A stretch of DNA of 64,000 bases from Octopus sinensis (lineage: Eukaryota): the NCBI RefSeq assembly GCF_006345805.1, contig NC_043018.1, positions 6,882,001 to 6,946,000 on the forward strand. The letters are read 5' to 3'. Both the position numbers and the translations under genes were made by a program. Position 1 is the stretch's first letter, and each line of letters opens with the position of its first letter. The notes under the pieces were generated by a model. The model saw only the letters and a program-made list of their open reading frames with translations, did not search any database and was not told the DNA's origin. Shown piece by piece: positions 13,196 to 26,304 of this stretch.

Positions 13196-13744
13196 ATTAT
13201 TATACAAACACACACACAAACACAAACACACAGGCACACACACACAGACATACACACATATGCAAAAACACATGCAAACACACACATTCACAAAAATACA
13301 CAGACATATAGACACACATACATATTTTCATGTACATATATATATATATATATATATATGCATTATATGATGGGCTTCTTTCAGTTTCTGCAACCAAATC
13401 CATTCACAAGACTTTGGTCAGTTCATGGCTATAGTAGAAGACACTTACCCAAATTTGGTGCCACACAGTGGGACTGAACCCAAGATCACAGAGTTGGAAA
13501 CCAAATTTCTTACCACATAACCTCACCTGCTTCCATACACACCAGTAATATGCAGATATATTAGACATATCATGATTAACTAGGAACCTATTCAACAGAC
13601 ACAGGAAAATGGTAGAATAACTAAAAAAAAAAAGTCTACCACCATTTTTTCTATTTGGCGAGACTCGTTTCAGCTATATATCAACCGTCATCTCAAGTTG
13701 TATGTTGAAGATGATGATAAACAGCAACAGACAGCAAACGGATT

Positions 13745-14250
13745 TACTTAGAGGAATTGCTTGGAGATTTGGATTAGCAGACTGCGCCGACACAACCTTG
13801 ATGAGAGGAAAATTAAGAACGCTCATGTCTTGTTCGATAAAGAAACCGAGATAAGAGAGTTAGTTCCGACACAGGCTTACAAATTCTTGGAAATCAATGA
13901 ATTAACTGCATACACCACACACATATGCATGCAACTGAAAGACAAGATGAGAAAGAATATTATAGACATGTGGGATTAATACTTAAAACAGATCTAAATA
14001 CAGGAAATAAGTTAACATGCATTGATATTCTATCAGTTTCCAGTAATAAGTCATAGTTATAATATTCTCAATGGAACTAACCAGAATTAGTGAATTAGCA
14101 AGACTTCACTGGTGCAAAATGAACGTGCGTGACTAGACAAGAAAACTAGAGAAATAATTACTGAATTTATAATACACCATCAAAACTTCAACTCAGAATT
14201 ATCATTATATTTACCATGCATATAATGAGGTAGAGAGCTTTTCTAACTAA
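13745..14250 (+). mobile_element. R4/Dong-like non-LTR retrotransposon RT C-terminal fragment; decayed
   Basis: AYKFLEINE, KEYYRHVGLILKTDLNTGNKLTCIDILSV, LDKKTREII..HH....LYLP..GREL resemble YKYLG/KEYYRR/LDRKTR/LYLPR.EGGRGL motifs. Confidence 0.75.
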
Positions 14251-14529
14251 AAATTGTTTTGAAATATCAACTGTTGTACTAAGAAAAGAGGAAGGGTTAG
14301 AAACATGAAGATTGGGCTTCTGTCACTCTATGAAACACCTTGGGCAAGTGTTTTCTACTATAAACTTGGACCAATCAAAAACTTGGGGGAATTTGGCAGG
14401 CAGAAACTCAAGAGTACCAACTAATTTGAATAAAACTGTTTTGAAGCATACATATAACTCACAATAAATTTGTCCATTCACTCGAATATATATATATGTG
14501 TGTGTTGTGTGTGTGTGCATATCTGTGTG

Positions 14530-14589
<60 letters not shown>

Positions 14590-14692
14590 ATATATATATA
14601 TACTACTAATATAGGATAAAAATTTTTTCAGAAAAAAATTTCATCAAAAGTGGCAGCATATCAAAATACCTTTAAAGGTTAAAATTTTATAA

Positions 14693-14827
14693 ACAACTTA
14701 TAAACAAGGGCAAAAGAAAAATTATTTCCATGCCAATATGCTGATAACAGACTTTTGACGATTTAAAGTCTGTTATCAGCATATTGGCATAGAAATAATT
14801 TTTCTTGTGCCCTTGTTTATAAGTTGT
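14693..14827. repeat. Hairpin: 63-bp arms, 9-nt loop
   Basis: 14693-14755 versus 14765-14827, two mismatches. Confidence 0.95.
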
Positions 14828-15311
14828 ATAAAAATATGTATATACTCTTTTACTCTTTTACTCTTTTACTTGTTTCAGTCATTTGACTGCGGCCATGCTG
14901 GAGCACCGCCTTTAATATATATATATATATATATATATAATGATTTCATAAGTAACGAGAAGATGGATTTGGTATTTCTCTTTACTTTGGGTTTCATCAG
15001 ACCCAGACTGCAAAATTGATGCAACATAACATGTTGAATGGAGTCCTACAGATAAGGGACTGTAGCAGGAAGGGATGAAAGGACCTTTGTACAAAAATAA
15101 AAGATGAATACCAAATCTATTTTTTCATTACTTAAGAAATTACTATTCTTATCTCAACTAACACTGTGGAATTCCTAAAGTTGATCCAGTGGAAATATAC
15201 CCCAACTGCAGATGACATCAGGTAGCCCAAACTGTAGCCCATCAACGCACTAATCAACATATATCCATTAGTCCAAAAATATTAAATATATGTGTGTATA
15301 TATATATATAT

Positions 15312-15715
15312 ACTCTTTACTCTTTTACTTGTTTCAGTCATTTGACTGCGGCCATGCTGGAGCACCACCTTTTAGTCGAGCAAATCGACCCCGGGACTTA
15401 TTCTTTGTAAGCCCAGTACTTATTCTATCGGCCTCTTTTGCCGAACCGCTAAGTGACAGGGATGTAAACACACCAGCATCGGTTGTCAAGCAATGCTAGG
15501 GGGACAAACACAGACACACAAACACACACATACATATATATATATACATATATACGACAGGCTTCTTTCAGTTTCCGTCTACCAAATCCACTCACAAGGC
15601 ATTGGTCGGCCCGGGGCTATAGCAGAAGACACTTGCCCAAGATGCCACACAGTGGGACTGAACCCGGAACCATGTGGTTGGTTAGCAAGCTACTTACCAC
15701 ACAGCCACTCCTGCG

Positions 15716-15718
<3 letters not shown>
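15312..15718 (-). mobile_element. SINE family A
   Basis: Reverse-complement match to 4441-4855. Confidence 0.9.
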
Positions 15719-15765
<47 letters not shown>

Positions 15766-15822
15766 CATATATATATATACATACATACATATATATATAT
15801 ACATACATACATACATATATAC

Positions 15823-15856
<34 letters not shown>

Positions 15857-15879
15857 TATATATATATAATTACATATAG

Positions 15880-15910
<31 letters not shown>

Positions 15911-16000
15911 TATATATATACACATATATATATACACACACACATATATATATACACACACGCACACACATATATATACACACACACACACACACATATA

Positions 16001-16192
16001 TTCGCCATGATAGATCTCTAGCCACTACACATTCTTTATTTTTTCTCCTTGTTTCTTTCTATGTTCCTTTCTATGGAAGAGTGTAGGCTTGAAATGTTAA
16101 AGACTTTTTCACTTCCTGAGCGTTATACTAATACATCTGTTTGTTGTCTACACCATCTATCTTCGTCTTTTGTATTTTTGTGAATTCTCCCT
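16001..16192 (+). mobile_element. ~190-bp PLE-type terminal-repeat family, CUGUNGA hammerhead-like subfamily (copy 1)
   Basis: Homologous to 36451-36646 and 55333-55513. Motif CTTT-CTATGGA-A-GAGT(GTAG)GCTT-GAAA-TGTT-AAAG. Confidence 0.6.
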
Positions 16193-16252
16193 ATATAAAA
16201 TGGCAGTGCCCCATCATGGCCACAGCTTGTGAGCTGAAACTAAATAAATAAA

Positions 16253-16287
<35 letters not shown>

Positions 16288-16425
16288 TTATAATAAGAGT
16301 AGCTCGTATACGAGTGGGTATATATTTGTAAAAAATGAAGTTTGAAAATGCCGCTATATTAGATAAATTTTAATTTAACCTGTTTCGGTTATATATATAT
16401 ATTATATATAGATATATATATATAT

Positions 16426-16651
16426 AATTGCAGCATGGAAGGTGTTTCTAAGCCATTTAAAAATACATGCAAAAACCGTTAGATTCACTTCAACATTTTT
16501 GTCGCTTTGAAACCCGCAACCTGTTCACTGACAAAATTCCGGGCTGCATGGAATTTTGGTAAATTTGGTAAATTAATTTTAAATGTTGAAGTGAATTTAA
16601 CGGTTTTTGTGTGTTTTTAAATGGCTTATAAACACCTTCCACGCTGCAATT
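16426..16651. repeat. Inverted repeat: ~70-bp arms, ~80-bp spacer
   Basis: 16426-16498 versus 16581-16651, several mismatches. Confidence 0.9.
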
Positions 16652-18036
16652 GTTTTCGTTCCAGCATACGATCTCAGATCTGGTCACTTGCTATGCAAGT
16701 ACATCTCCATAAAATATATATATAAATGTGTGTACAGACACACACACATACATACACACTCACATATCTATTGTAGTTTCTTTAAATAAAGACACTTTCC
16801 ATTTTCTCTTTTTCTCTCTCTCTCTGTATACACACACATACATATATAATACAAAATGTCACTTTTCTATAAAAATGCTTGTATAAATGTCTCTCAGAAT
16901 AAGAAACAACTGCATAATCAGAACAGGACATACACACATGTGCACGTGCATGCACACACACACACACACCTGTACATGCACCCACAAACACACATATGAA
17001 TGCATACACACACACACACATATATATACACATGCATACTCTCCCAGCCACCTCTTTCATGCTTTTGTTCTCCTTGGTGTCCAAACTGACCCCCAGGCTA
17101 AACTAAAAGGTCGCTTCCTTTCTCAATGGCATTGACCTTAGCATTCTCACCACCACCATCGCCACCATCACAACCACCACCATCACAACCACCATCACCA
17201 TCGCCACCATCACAACCACCACCACCATTACAACATACAGCATTCATCACAAATTCATTGCAGGGTTGGATAATGTCGCTATCGCCTGGCTACTCATCCA
17301 TCTCACCCACGCCCACCTCATCTACTTTCCTCATCAAGTGGTACTTAAAGAAATAGTCGAGAAGATTTCAGTTGGTTCTGAGAGGCAAACCACCATTCCC
17401 AGTTCTTTGAATCTTGTCTGCTATACTAAATCCATTTCAGTATTGCCACAAGACAAAGTATTAAAAACAACTGCCTTGCCTCTCCCTGCCAACATTAAAA
17501 TACGGTAAGTCGATCTTCTCAGTTCTTATGACAATGGCAATAATTCTTTCTAAATTTGATACAAGACTGGCAAATTTTCTTAAGGAGCAGAGGACAAATC
17601 TAATACCTCAGCCCTCAGTTCTCAACTGGTTCTTATTTTATTAACCCGGAAAGGATGAAAGGCAAAGTTGACCTCAGCAGAATTTGAACTCAAAACATGT
17701 ATTTTACTGCAACAGACCTAACAAGACTTTCTACTATCTATCACCAATTTCATACCTTTTGTTGCAGTACTTTGCCAGGCACCATTTCTTGTATTCCTTT
17801 GTGGCCTTCTGGGGTCATTAGGACATGCAAGTTTATTTTGAGGTCCTTTGACCACAGGTCATCTTCCCTTAACCCTTTAGCATCTAAGCCAACCATATCC
17901 AATCCAAGTGTATAATGAGAGGTATAATGTACCATTCAAATCCTAGTGTTGATGTAATTGACTTACTCTGCCTCCTTTGCTGGGCCTATATAAAAATCAC
18001 TTGTTATTAAATAAAACCAGCATCATCGTTATTAAA

Positions 18037-18084
<48 letters not shown>

Positions 18085-18640
18085 GAGTGAGAGAGCAGTG
18101 CATGCCATCAAAGTGACATTGGGGTAAAATATACAAAGCCCAGTATACCCACGATGACTACCCGTCTGATAATGGTACACCAGGTACATGCATCACAACC
18201 ATATGAGTGCAACATGGTGATCTCATATTAAGATAAACAGCGCATGACCTTGCAGCTGGGGCCCAGTTAGAACTTTCTTCAGGTCAAGTAGCCCATCCCG
18301 CTCAAAAGATCCCTGAATAAGGGTTGTTTAAGGATGTTGAACGAACCACCCATGTTTCCAAAGGTGAATTATCCAAACCTCTAATAATTCCTTTCAACAC
18401 ATGGCTATGATGTTCCCCACTACTTCTGCTCATGATCAGAGATGCACATATTGTCAGTCACTAAGGGACATGGTCAACTGGTTAAGGTCAAACAACTGGC
18501 AAGCAAATCTGTGGTATTGAACAGAATATTTGCTGTAGCCCATCTTTTATACCAAGACAAAACGCTGTACATATGATAACACTTCCAATCAGTTAAGATC
18601 AGAAGCCATGTGAGCCACTGTCTGGTACTGCATCAGGGTA
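18085..18640 (-). mobile_element. ~550-bp element embedded in (AAT)n (copy 2)
   Basis: Reverse complement of copy 1 with the same termini; (TTA)n on both sides. Confidence 0.8.
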
Positions 18641-18676
<36 letters not shown>

Positions 18677-20291
18677 TATTATTATTATTATATGTTTGAC
18701 TTTTTTTTTGCATTTGTACAAGTTGGCTCCAAGTCTCATCCAGAGACGACAAGAACTAACAAGTTTTATGCCTAGGGTGCCATATATTTGGTTTTGTACA
18801 TAGTATGTTCTATAGAATGCTTAAGAAAACAAGAAAATTATAAATTTGTTTTAAAATTTGAGATTACACAGTCAGTATTTTACGTAGGATATGGGGAGCT
18901 CCCATGAGCACTATCTTTTGAATTTCTGCCATTTCGGGGTTTCCTGGTCTCTGCGCTAGGCAGGAGTCAAACCCTTTTGCTATCATCTCATATCTGAGCA
19001 AGAAAAGAGTCAGCCCCTTTTTCTATCATCATCATCATCATCATCATTGTTAGGGTGGTGAGCTGACAGAATCGTTAAGCACATTGAGCAAAATGCTTAG
19101 CAACATTTCAAAGAACTGGAAAACTAAATGAAAAAAAAAAGTAATATAGAGCTACAATAACAAGAACAACAACTGCTAGTCTTCAGAGTGCCACTAGCCA
19201 AAATTCTGGGGCTAGCAAAGGAAATAGTTTGAAGTTCAGTATCATAAATACATGAATTAATGCAACAAGCTGGTAGAATTATTACTATTCCAAGCAAAAT
19301 GCTTAGTGGCATTTTGTCTGTCTTTACATTCTGAGTTCAAATTCTACCAAAGTTGGACTCGCCTTTCATGTTTCAGGGTTGATAAAACAATAACCAGTTG
19401 AGCACTGGAGTCAATCTAATTGATTTACCTCCTTCAATTGCTGGCTTGGCTAGTGCCAAAATTTGAAGCCAAAATTCAAGGTGGTGTTCCAGCATGGCCA
19501 CAGTATAATGACTGAAGCAAGTAAAAGAAAAAAGACCTTGTCTGCTATCATTACCAATCTGTAGTAACACTTCTTCGTTACATGATGAGGAAGAAATGGT
19601 GACAGAGAAAAATATGAAAGGAGAAACAAATCACAAAAATCATACAATACAAAATAATGAAAACAGGTAAAGAAGAAGAAATTCTGCTAAATGAAAACAA
19701 AATCCTTCCCTGGGAAAACAACAAATAGAATGCAGAGAAGAAAGATGAATAAAGGATAACCATTCTCTGAAAATCAAACAAACTGTTAAGAGACAAAATT
19801 ATGCATCTCTGATGTCATTGACTTTTGGAAAAAGTTGTAACAACACCTAAACAATCAAGTTCAGAACATAAACCACATGCAAAAGATAGATTGCTCATAA
19901 AATTAAAATTAAGACATTATATTGGACTTCAAAGAGACTATCCTCAAGATGTTTACGTGTTTCATCAACAAATAATGTTTAGTGGTGCATTCAGTTATAT
20001 TCAAACATAATTTGACAAATGGTTAAGTGAACAAAGCTGTGAAATGCCTTAATACAACCGAACCAGTAATCTTTTGTGTTTTAGTTATTAGATTATCTTG
20101 TTTTAGAATATCTTGTTTTAATTATTTTATTGTTTCATATTTCCTAATTATTTTATTGTTTCATATTTTTTATTATTTCTATACAAATAAGTGTGTGCAT
20201 GTATGCATGGACATGTGTGGATGTGTGCATATGTATGTGTGTATCTGAGTGTGTGTGTGTATGTATGTTTGCCTTTTTAAAATCGTTATTG

Positions 20292-21590
20292 TGTGTGTGG
20301 GTTGAAAAGTTCATAGGCTGACTATGAAGGAGTGATGCTAGAGTGGTGAAATCTTGCATGCTTTAATTTCAACCCTTCTTATTAATAACTACATTATTCT
20401 TTCCAGATAAACTAATATCTGACTTTTCAAAGAAGCCTTCATAAGTTACTAGTAGTGACCTCTCTTATAAATAGGGAAAATTTGACATCACAATGTTATG
20501 AAGTACCTGCAGAAAAAGGACACAAGGACATACATGCTGACATGGTAGCTACATTAGAAGCTGATGCTGAAGCTTTATCAACAGTGCAAAAGTGGGCAGC
20601 TAAATTTAGGATGAGAAGGATTGTTACCAGCATCGCCATACTGGCACCTGTGCCGGTGACATGTGTAAAAGATTCGAGCAAGGTCATTGCCAGTACCGCC
20701 TGACTGGCCCCATGCCGGTGGCACATAGAAGCACCCACTACTCTCAGAGTGGTTGGCATTAGGAAGGGCATCCAGCTGTAAAAACTCTGCCAGATCAAGA
20801 TTGGAGCCTGGTGCAGCCATCTCGTTCACCAGCCCTCAGTCATTCATCCAACCCATGCTAGCATGGAAAGCGGACATTAAACGATGATGATGATGAAGGA
20901 AGAGTTTTCAAGATGACCCATGGTCTGAACATCCTGTAACTACCACCACCAAGGAAAACATTGATCATATTCACCACATCGTGATGGATGGCAAACGACT
21001 AGTTACAAATCAAACAGTCAATGCTATTAGCATATCCTGTGAGAGAGTTGAGAATATTCTGCGCAATGAACTTGGCATGACGAACGTTTCTGTTCTGTGG
21101 GTGCCAAATCTTTTGACACCTGACCAAAAGCACACCAGGCTGATCACATTATGGGAAAATTTAACATTATTTCAGGCAGAAGCAGCTGGTTTTCTTGAAC
21201 ATTTCTTAAGCTAGGATGGAGTGTTAGCTTCATCACCTTGAACCAGAGACAAAGAGACAATCCATGCAGTGGAAAGACACCTCCTCACTTGATCCAGCAA
21301 AGCCAAAGTCATTTCATCTGCAAGGAAGGTGAGGGCTTCAGTTTTCTGTGTGGATGCAAAGGACAGTGTGCTTATTAACTATCTTCAAAAGAGCCACACC
21401 ATCAATGGCTAGTTCTGTGCCAACTTGCTGAGTCAGTTACAAAAGGCTACCAAGACCAAACACTGATGAAAAAGGTCCTGTTTCATCAGGACAATGCTCC
21501 ATTGCACAAGTCCTTAGTTTCAATGACTGGTGTGCATGACTGTGGAATTGAACTGGTTGATTCCACTCCTTATTCTTCTGTTTTGGCCCC
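20292..21590 (+). mobile_element. Mariner transposase remnant, split by a nested retroposon at ~20625-20895
   Basis: TIR-like GGGTTGAAAAGTTCATAGG; KDIHADMVATL...LSTVQKWAAKFR; ERVENILRNELGM..VS.LWVPNLLT; VLFHQDNAP; PYSSVLAP. Confidence 0.9.
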
Positions 21591-21669
21591 ATCTTTGGTT
21601 TGTGACTCTAAATTGCCCAGGCAAATCAAAATGCTGTTCATTGCAACTCCCGAATCAGTGCAATTATAT

Positions 21670-21893
21670 GTATTTCTTTACTACCCACAAGGGGTTAAAT
21701 GCAGAGGGGACAAACAAGGACAGACAGACGGATTAAGTCGATTACATCGACCCCAGTGCATAACTGGTACTTAATTTATCGACCCCAAAAAGATGAAAGG
21801 CAAAGTCGACCTTGGCGGAATTTGAACTCAGAACGTAACGGCAGACGAAATATGGCTATGCATTTCGCCCGGCATGCTAACGTTTCTGCCAGC
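21670..21893 (-). mobile_element. SINE family C
   Basis: Reverse-complement match to 49577-49811. Confidence 0.85.
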
Positions 21894-21902
21894 GGCAGGG
21901 GA

Positions 21903-22185
21903 ACATGGTCACTGGCAAAGAAATTACCAAATGGGCCAAACGGATGCTACGCAATGGCCCTAAATGTGAAATGGTAGCAACATATAACAAATGAATACAA
22001 AAGTTAGTGGCTTGACTATCTGGTTACTGTGTGCACCACCCTGAATTGGAAGCATCCAAATTAGTCTTGTGGAACCCACTTCATGGTGATGCAAGAAGAG
22101 GAAAACATCAACATACATCAACAACTTGATTACAGACACTGGCCTGGAATGTCCAGGACCCACAAGCAGTGATGATGGCAGATAA
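21903..22185 (+). mobile_element. RTE/RTEX-like LINE C-terminal fragment
   Basis: WSL..K...GCY..MALNVKW, HPELEASKLVLWNPLHG, TYINNLITDTGL. Confidence 0.65.
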
Positions 22186-22219
22186 ACTTTGTTGCTGCAG
22201 CTTGGGTTGGGACCCAGCC

Positions 22220-22254
<35 letters not shown>

Positions 22255-22442
22255 TGTCCTCATCTGACTAATATCTCTTTCCCCAACATGAAAAACCCTT
22301 GGCTGTTGATGACCTTTTTTCTTTGACCAGGATGAAAGCTTCTTCACCAATGGAGTCCAAGTACCAGTCAAGTACTGGGGTTGATGTGATCGACTGTCCC
22401 CCTCCCTACAAATTCCAGGCCTTGTGCCTATAGTACAAAGGA

Positions 22443-22473
<31 letters not shown>

Positions 22474-23335
22474 TACTAGTGAGACCCATGAATATTTCAT
22501 GGAATTAATAGTAAACCTTTTGGGTTATTCCTGAAAACTTTATCCTAAAAGCCTGAAAGCATAGCCTGTGTTGTGTCTGCATGGAAAGATAGTCGCTCAT
22601 CTGTTATTCATTGAAAAGTGAAGGGAATTGGAATGCGATGATTACTTAATGCACTTTATATAATTTATGCACAATTTTATAGACTTAATACACAGCACTC
22701 ATAAAATAAATATTCACTTTTATTTTACATTTCCCACATAAACAAAAAAATTACATTTTAAAATTTACATAATCACAATTTCATATCTAGAAAACAAAAC
22801 TTTTATAATAAAATATTATTTTATATGTAAAATATGAGGGTCACAATTTCACAGGGATCAAATTTTAATGCAACATGGCATAGTCTGAAAACCACATCGA
22901 TGGTAACTTATAAGTTAAGGCAATGGGTCAGAGCTAGTATACATTTCAATTTGTGTACACTTTTCAATCCAATACTTCTTTGCGGACTATGTTATTCGTC
23001 TAAGTTCTCCCTCTTCTTTTCCCTTGTTTGTCAGTGTTGATAACTTTAACTGCCACGCTAGATAATTTGCAAGCCCTTGAGAATGCAACATGTAGCTGAC
23101 CATGGCCAAATACAGGTTCAGGCAAGAACAGCCCCACTTTATCAAATGTCTGCCCTTGTGATTTATTTATAGTCATTGCATGTGACAGGTGAACAGGAAA
23201 CTGGTTTCTTTCTTAAGTGAATGGCAAGTTTGGGATACATATGTGTTAAGTGATAGGTGATATAAAAAATCTCAGTTCAATTTTTTAAAAATTACTTTTC
23301 ACTATGCACTCACCATCGCAACCTCCATCACCCTA

Positions 23336-23551
23336 TTTCTTTAATACCCACAAGGGGCTAAATACAGAGGAGACAAACAAGGACAGACAAGCAGATTAAG
23401 TTGATTACACTGGCCCCAGTGCGTAACTGGTACTTAATTTATCGACCCCGAAAGGATGAAAGGCAAAGTCGACCTCAACGGAATTTGAACTCAGAACGTA
23501 ATGGCAGACGAAATACAGCTACACATTTCGCCCAGCGTGCTGACGTTTCTG
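23336..23551 (-). mobile_element. SINE family C
   Basis: Reverse-complement match to 49577-49811. Confidence 0.85.
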
Positions 23552-23791
23552 TCATCTCTCTCTCACTGTCTCTGTCTCCACGCTCTCTCTCTGTCTTACT
23601 TCCCCCTCTCTCTCTCTTCTTTCAGAACATCACCATCAGAACATCACCCCTCTGCTAATATTATATTCCTAACTCTCCTCTATCTCACTACCTTCAACTA
23701 ACTTTTTTAACCACATAATAAATGTTACGTTCCTCCTACCACATATCATGGATGCTTTTCTCTCCATTTTTTCTCTCTTCCTCATTTTCTT

Positions 23792-23834
<43 letters not shown>

Positions 23835-24134
23835 CTCTCTTTCTGCCTCACACTCTTCACCTTGTCTTCTTTTTCTCTCTCCCTCTTTTTCTCTAATCAT
23901 GTGAAAGCGTTACTGATAAGCTAAGTAATGTAATGACAAGCAGAATTATTATAAGATTGAGCTGGCAAAATGCTTAGCCGTGTTTCGTTCAGCTCTTTAC
24001 ATTCTGAGTTCGAATTTAACTGTGGTCAGTTTTGCTTTTCCTTATTTTCAAGGGTCAATAAAATGAAATACCAGTCAAATACTGGTGTTAATGAAATCAA
24101 TTAACCTCTTACTTAAAAATTGCTGACCTTGTGT

Positions 24135-24475
24135 ACGTATGTATGAGAGAGAGAGGGACAGAGGGAGATAGAGAGGGACAGAGAGAGACAGAGAGAGGGA
24201 CAGAGAGAGAAAGAGAGAGAGAGGGACACAGAAAGACAGACAGACAGAGGGATAGAAAGAGAGAGACAGAGAGAGGAACACAGAGAGACAGACAGACAGA
24301 GGGATAGAGAGAGAGACAGAGAGGGAGAGAGAGGGACACAGAGAGACAGAGAGAGACAAACAGACAGAGAGAGGGACAGAAAGAGGGACAGAGGGAGAGA
24401 CAAACAGACAGACAGAGGGATAGAGAGTGAGAGAGGGGGAAAGAGAGAGTGGGAAACAGAAAGAGAGAAACAAAC

Positions 24476-24532
<57 letters not shown>

Positions 24533-25135
24533 GGCAGATAGAGGCAGAAAGAGAGATACAGGAAGTGAGGGGAATACAGATGAGAAGTTTCCATATAAAC
24601 AAAGTACTTGAAATGAAGCTTTTTGGAATAGTTTGGAAGAGGAAGAGGAAGAGGAGGAGGAAGAGAAGGAAGAGGAGGAGGAGGAAGAGAAGGAAGAGGA
24701 GGAGGAGGAAGAGGTAAGTGAACACAGGTGTGTCAGTGTGGAGGTGGGAAGGGATGAGAAAACATCAGGTGTGGGGAGGTCGTGTGTGTTGGGGGAGGTT
24801 ATGAAAGAGGGAGGGGTGGACATCAGGTGTAGGGAGATTTGTATACATGTGTGCATGTGTGCATGTATGTGTGTGCATGTGTGTGTTGTGTATGTATGTA
24901 CTTGTGTATTGTGTGTGTGCATGTGTGTGTATATATTTGTGCCTTGTGTGTGTGTTGTGTGTCAATGTGTGCATGTATTGTGTGTGTGTGTATATATTTG
25001 TGCATTGTGTGTGTGTGTTGTGCGTTGTGTGTCAGTGTGTGTTGTGTGTGTATGTACTTGTGTATTGTGTATGTTTGTTATGTTTTGTGTGTGAGTTGTA
25101 TGTGTGTGTGTGTGTGTGAGTGTTGTGTGTGTGTG
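24135..25135. repeat. (GA)/(GACA)n, (GAG/GAA)n and (GT)n low-complexity cluster
   Basis: Direct inspection. Confidence 0.9.
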
Positions 25136-25429
25136 GAGGAGGAATGAAGGTCGTGGGGTGAGGAAGATCAGCGGATTCATGTAATGTATGGCTCATTACT
25201 TCAACAACAACAACAACAACAATAACAGCTGCACCAAGTGGGAATTACAGCCTCTATATAGTCAATCGATATGCTAGAAATAGCCACCAAATCTTTCTCA
25301 AATAAAAATCTAAAGTCTTTTTTTTTAAAAAAAGAAATGGATACATTGTGTAATGTTGTCCTAGGTATACTGTGCTCGAAGGAAAGACAAGATGGCCCAA
25401 AACCAACTTCAGGATCAATAGATCAATAC

Positions 25430-26185
25430 CATAAGACTTCCTTTGGTCATGACTAACCATGGGATTGCACCCAGATAGTTACCGAATCTTTTCGGTTTGA
25501 ATGGCAGTTTTTTCTAGTGGTGTCATATAAAATTGTCACCCATAATTATGAGCCTAGTATCGATCTATTGCATTTCAATCTATTTTAGGGTTAGGGTTAG
25601 GGGTTGGGGGAAGGGTATCTTTTTTTTCTTCAGAAATGTAAATAAACCCAATCTGTTTCTTAAACGAGGGACATATTCATACGGCACAGAATGTTTTTTT
25701 TGCCTCAATAGACGTCAGTGATTGGTTGAAATTGCAGAAATTGAAAAAAAACAACAAATATCTTACAAACTATAGAATTTTCCAATAAAGCCAAGAGAAA
25801 AAGATGTTTTATAAACACATTCTACCAGTATACGAAGTTTAAAATTTTTTAGTTACCTAGAAATTATGTTAAAAACTGCCGTTCAAACCGAAAAGATCCT
25901 AATTACCCTCCAAGGCACAAGTCTGGGCAAGGTGGTTTATGGAAAACCAGCAGTCACCCATGCATACCAGCCTCCTCTCTCCACTCCACCGATGTTATCC
26001 AGGGAAAGGCAAAAACTGACACAGCTTGGCATCAGTGACATTGCAACTCATTTCTACAGCTGAGTGAACTGGAGCAACGTGAAATAAAGTGTCTTGCTCA
26101 AGTACACAACATACAGCCTGATCCAGGAATTGAACTCACTACCTCATGATTGTGAGCCTGACGCTCTTACCACTGAGCCCTGTGA
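25430..26185 (-). mobile_element. SINE family B interrupted by a MITE
   Basis: Matches 51440-51778 on both sides of the MITE. Confidence 0.8.
25484..25899. mobile_element. MITE with ~27-bp TIRs and an imperfect 8-bp TSD, nested in a CORE-like SINE
   Basis: ATCTTTTCGGTTTGAATGGCAGTTTTT / AAAAACTGCCGTTCAAACCGAAAAGAT; flanks TAGTTACC / TAATTACC. Confidence 0.8.
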
Positions 26186-26304
26186 CACATGTTATATTTT
26201 CTACATAGATATAGAGGTCTCCTTGCTTTGGCATTGTGTGATTGAGATACACAAATGTCACTGACATATGGGCAGTGTCATTCGTTTCCAATATTCTGTG
26301 GAAA

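Noticed and set aside
13655-13705. Minus-strand GAAACGAGTC with an upstream wobble stem
   Set aside because: The core reads GAGATGA and stem II conflicts with G12; too degenerate to call.
14964-15120. Imperfect ~20-bp inverted repeat
   Set aside because: Short, AT-rich, no TSD and no second copy in the window.
19570-20010. A-rich stretch that looks like decayed coding sequence
   Set aside because: All frames are interrupted and no motif is recognisable; possibly an old LINE piece but not supportable.
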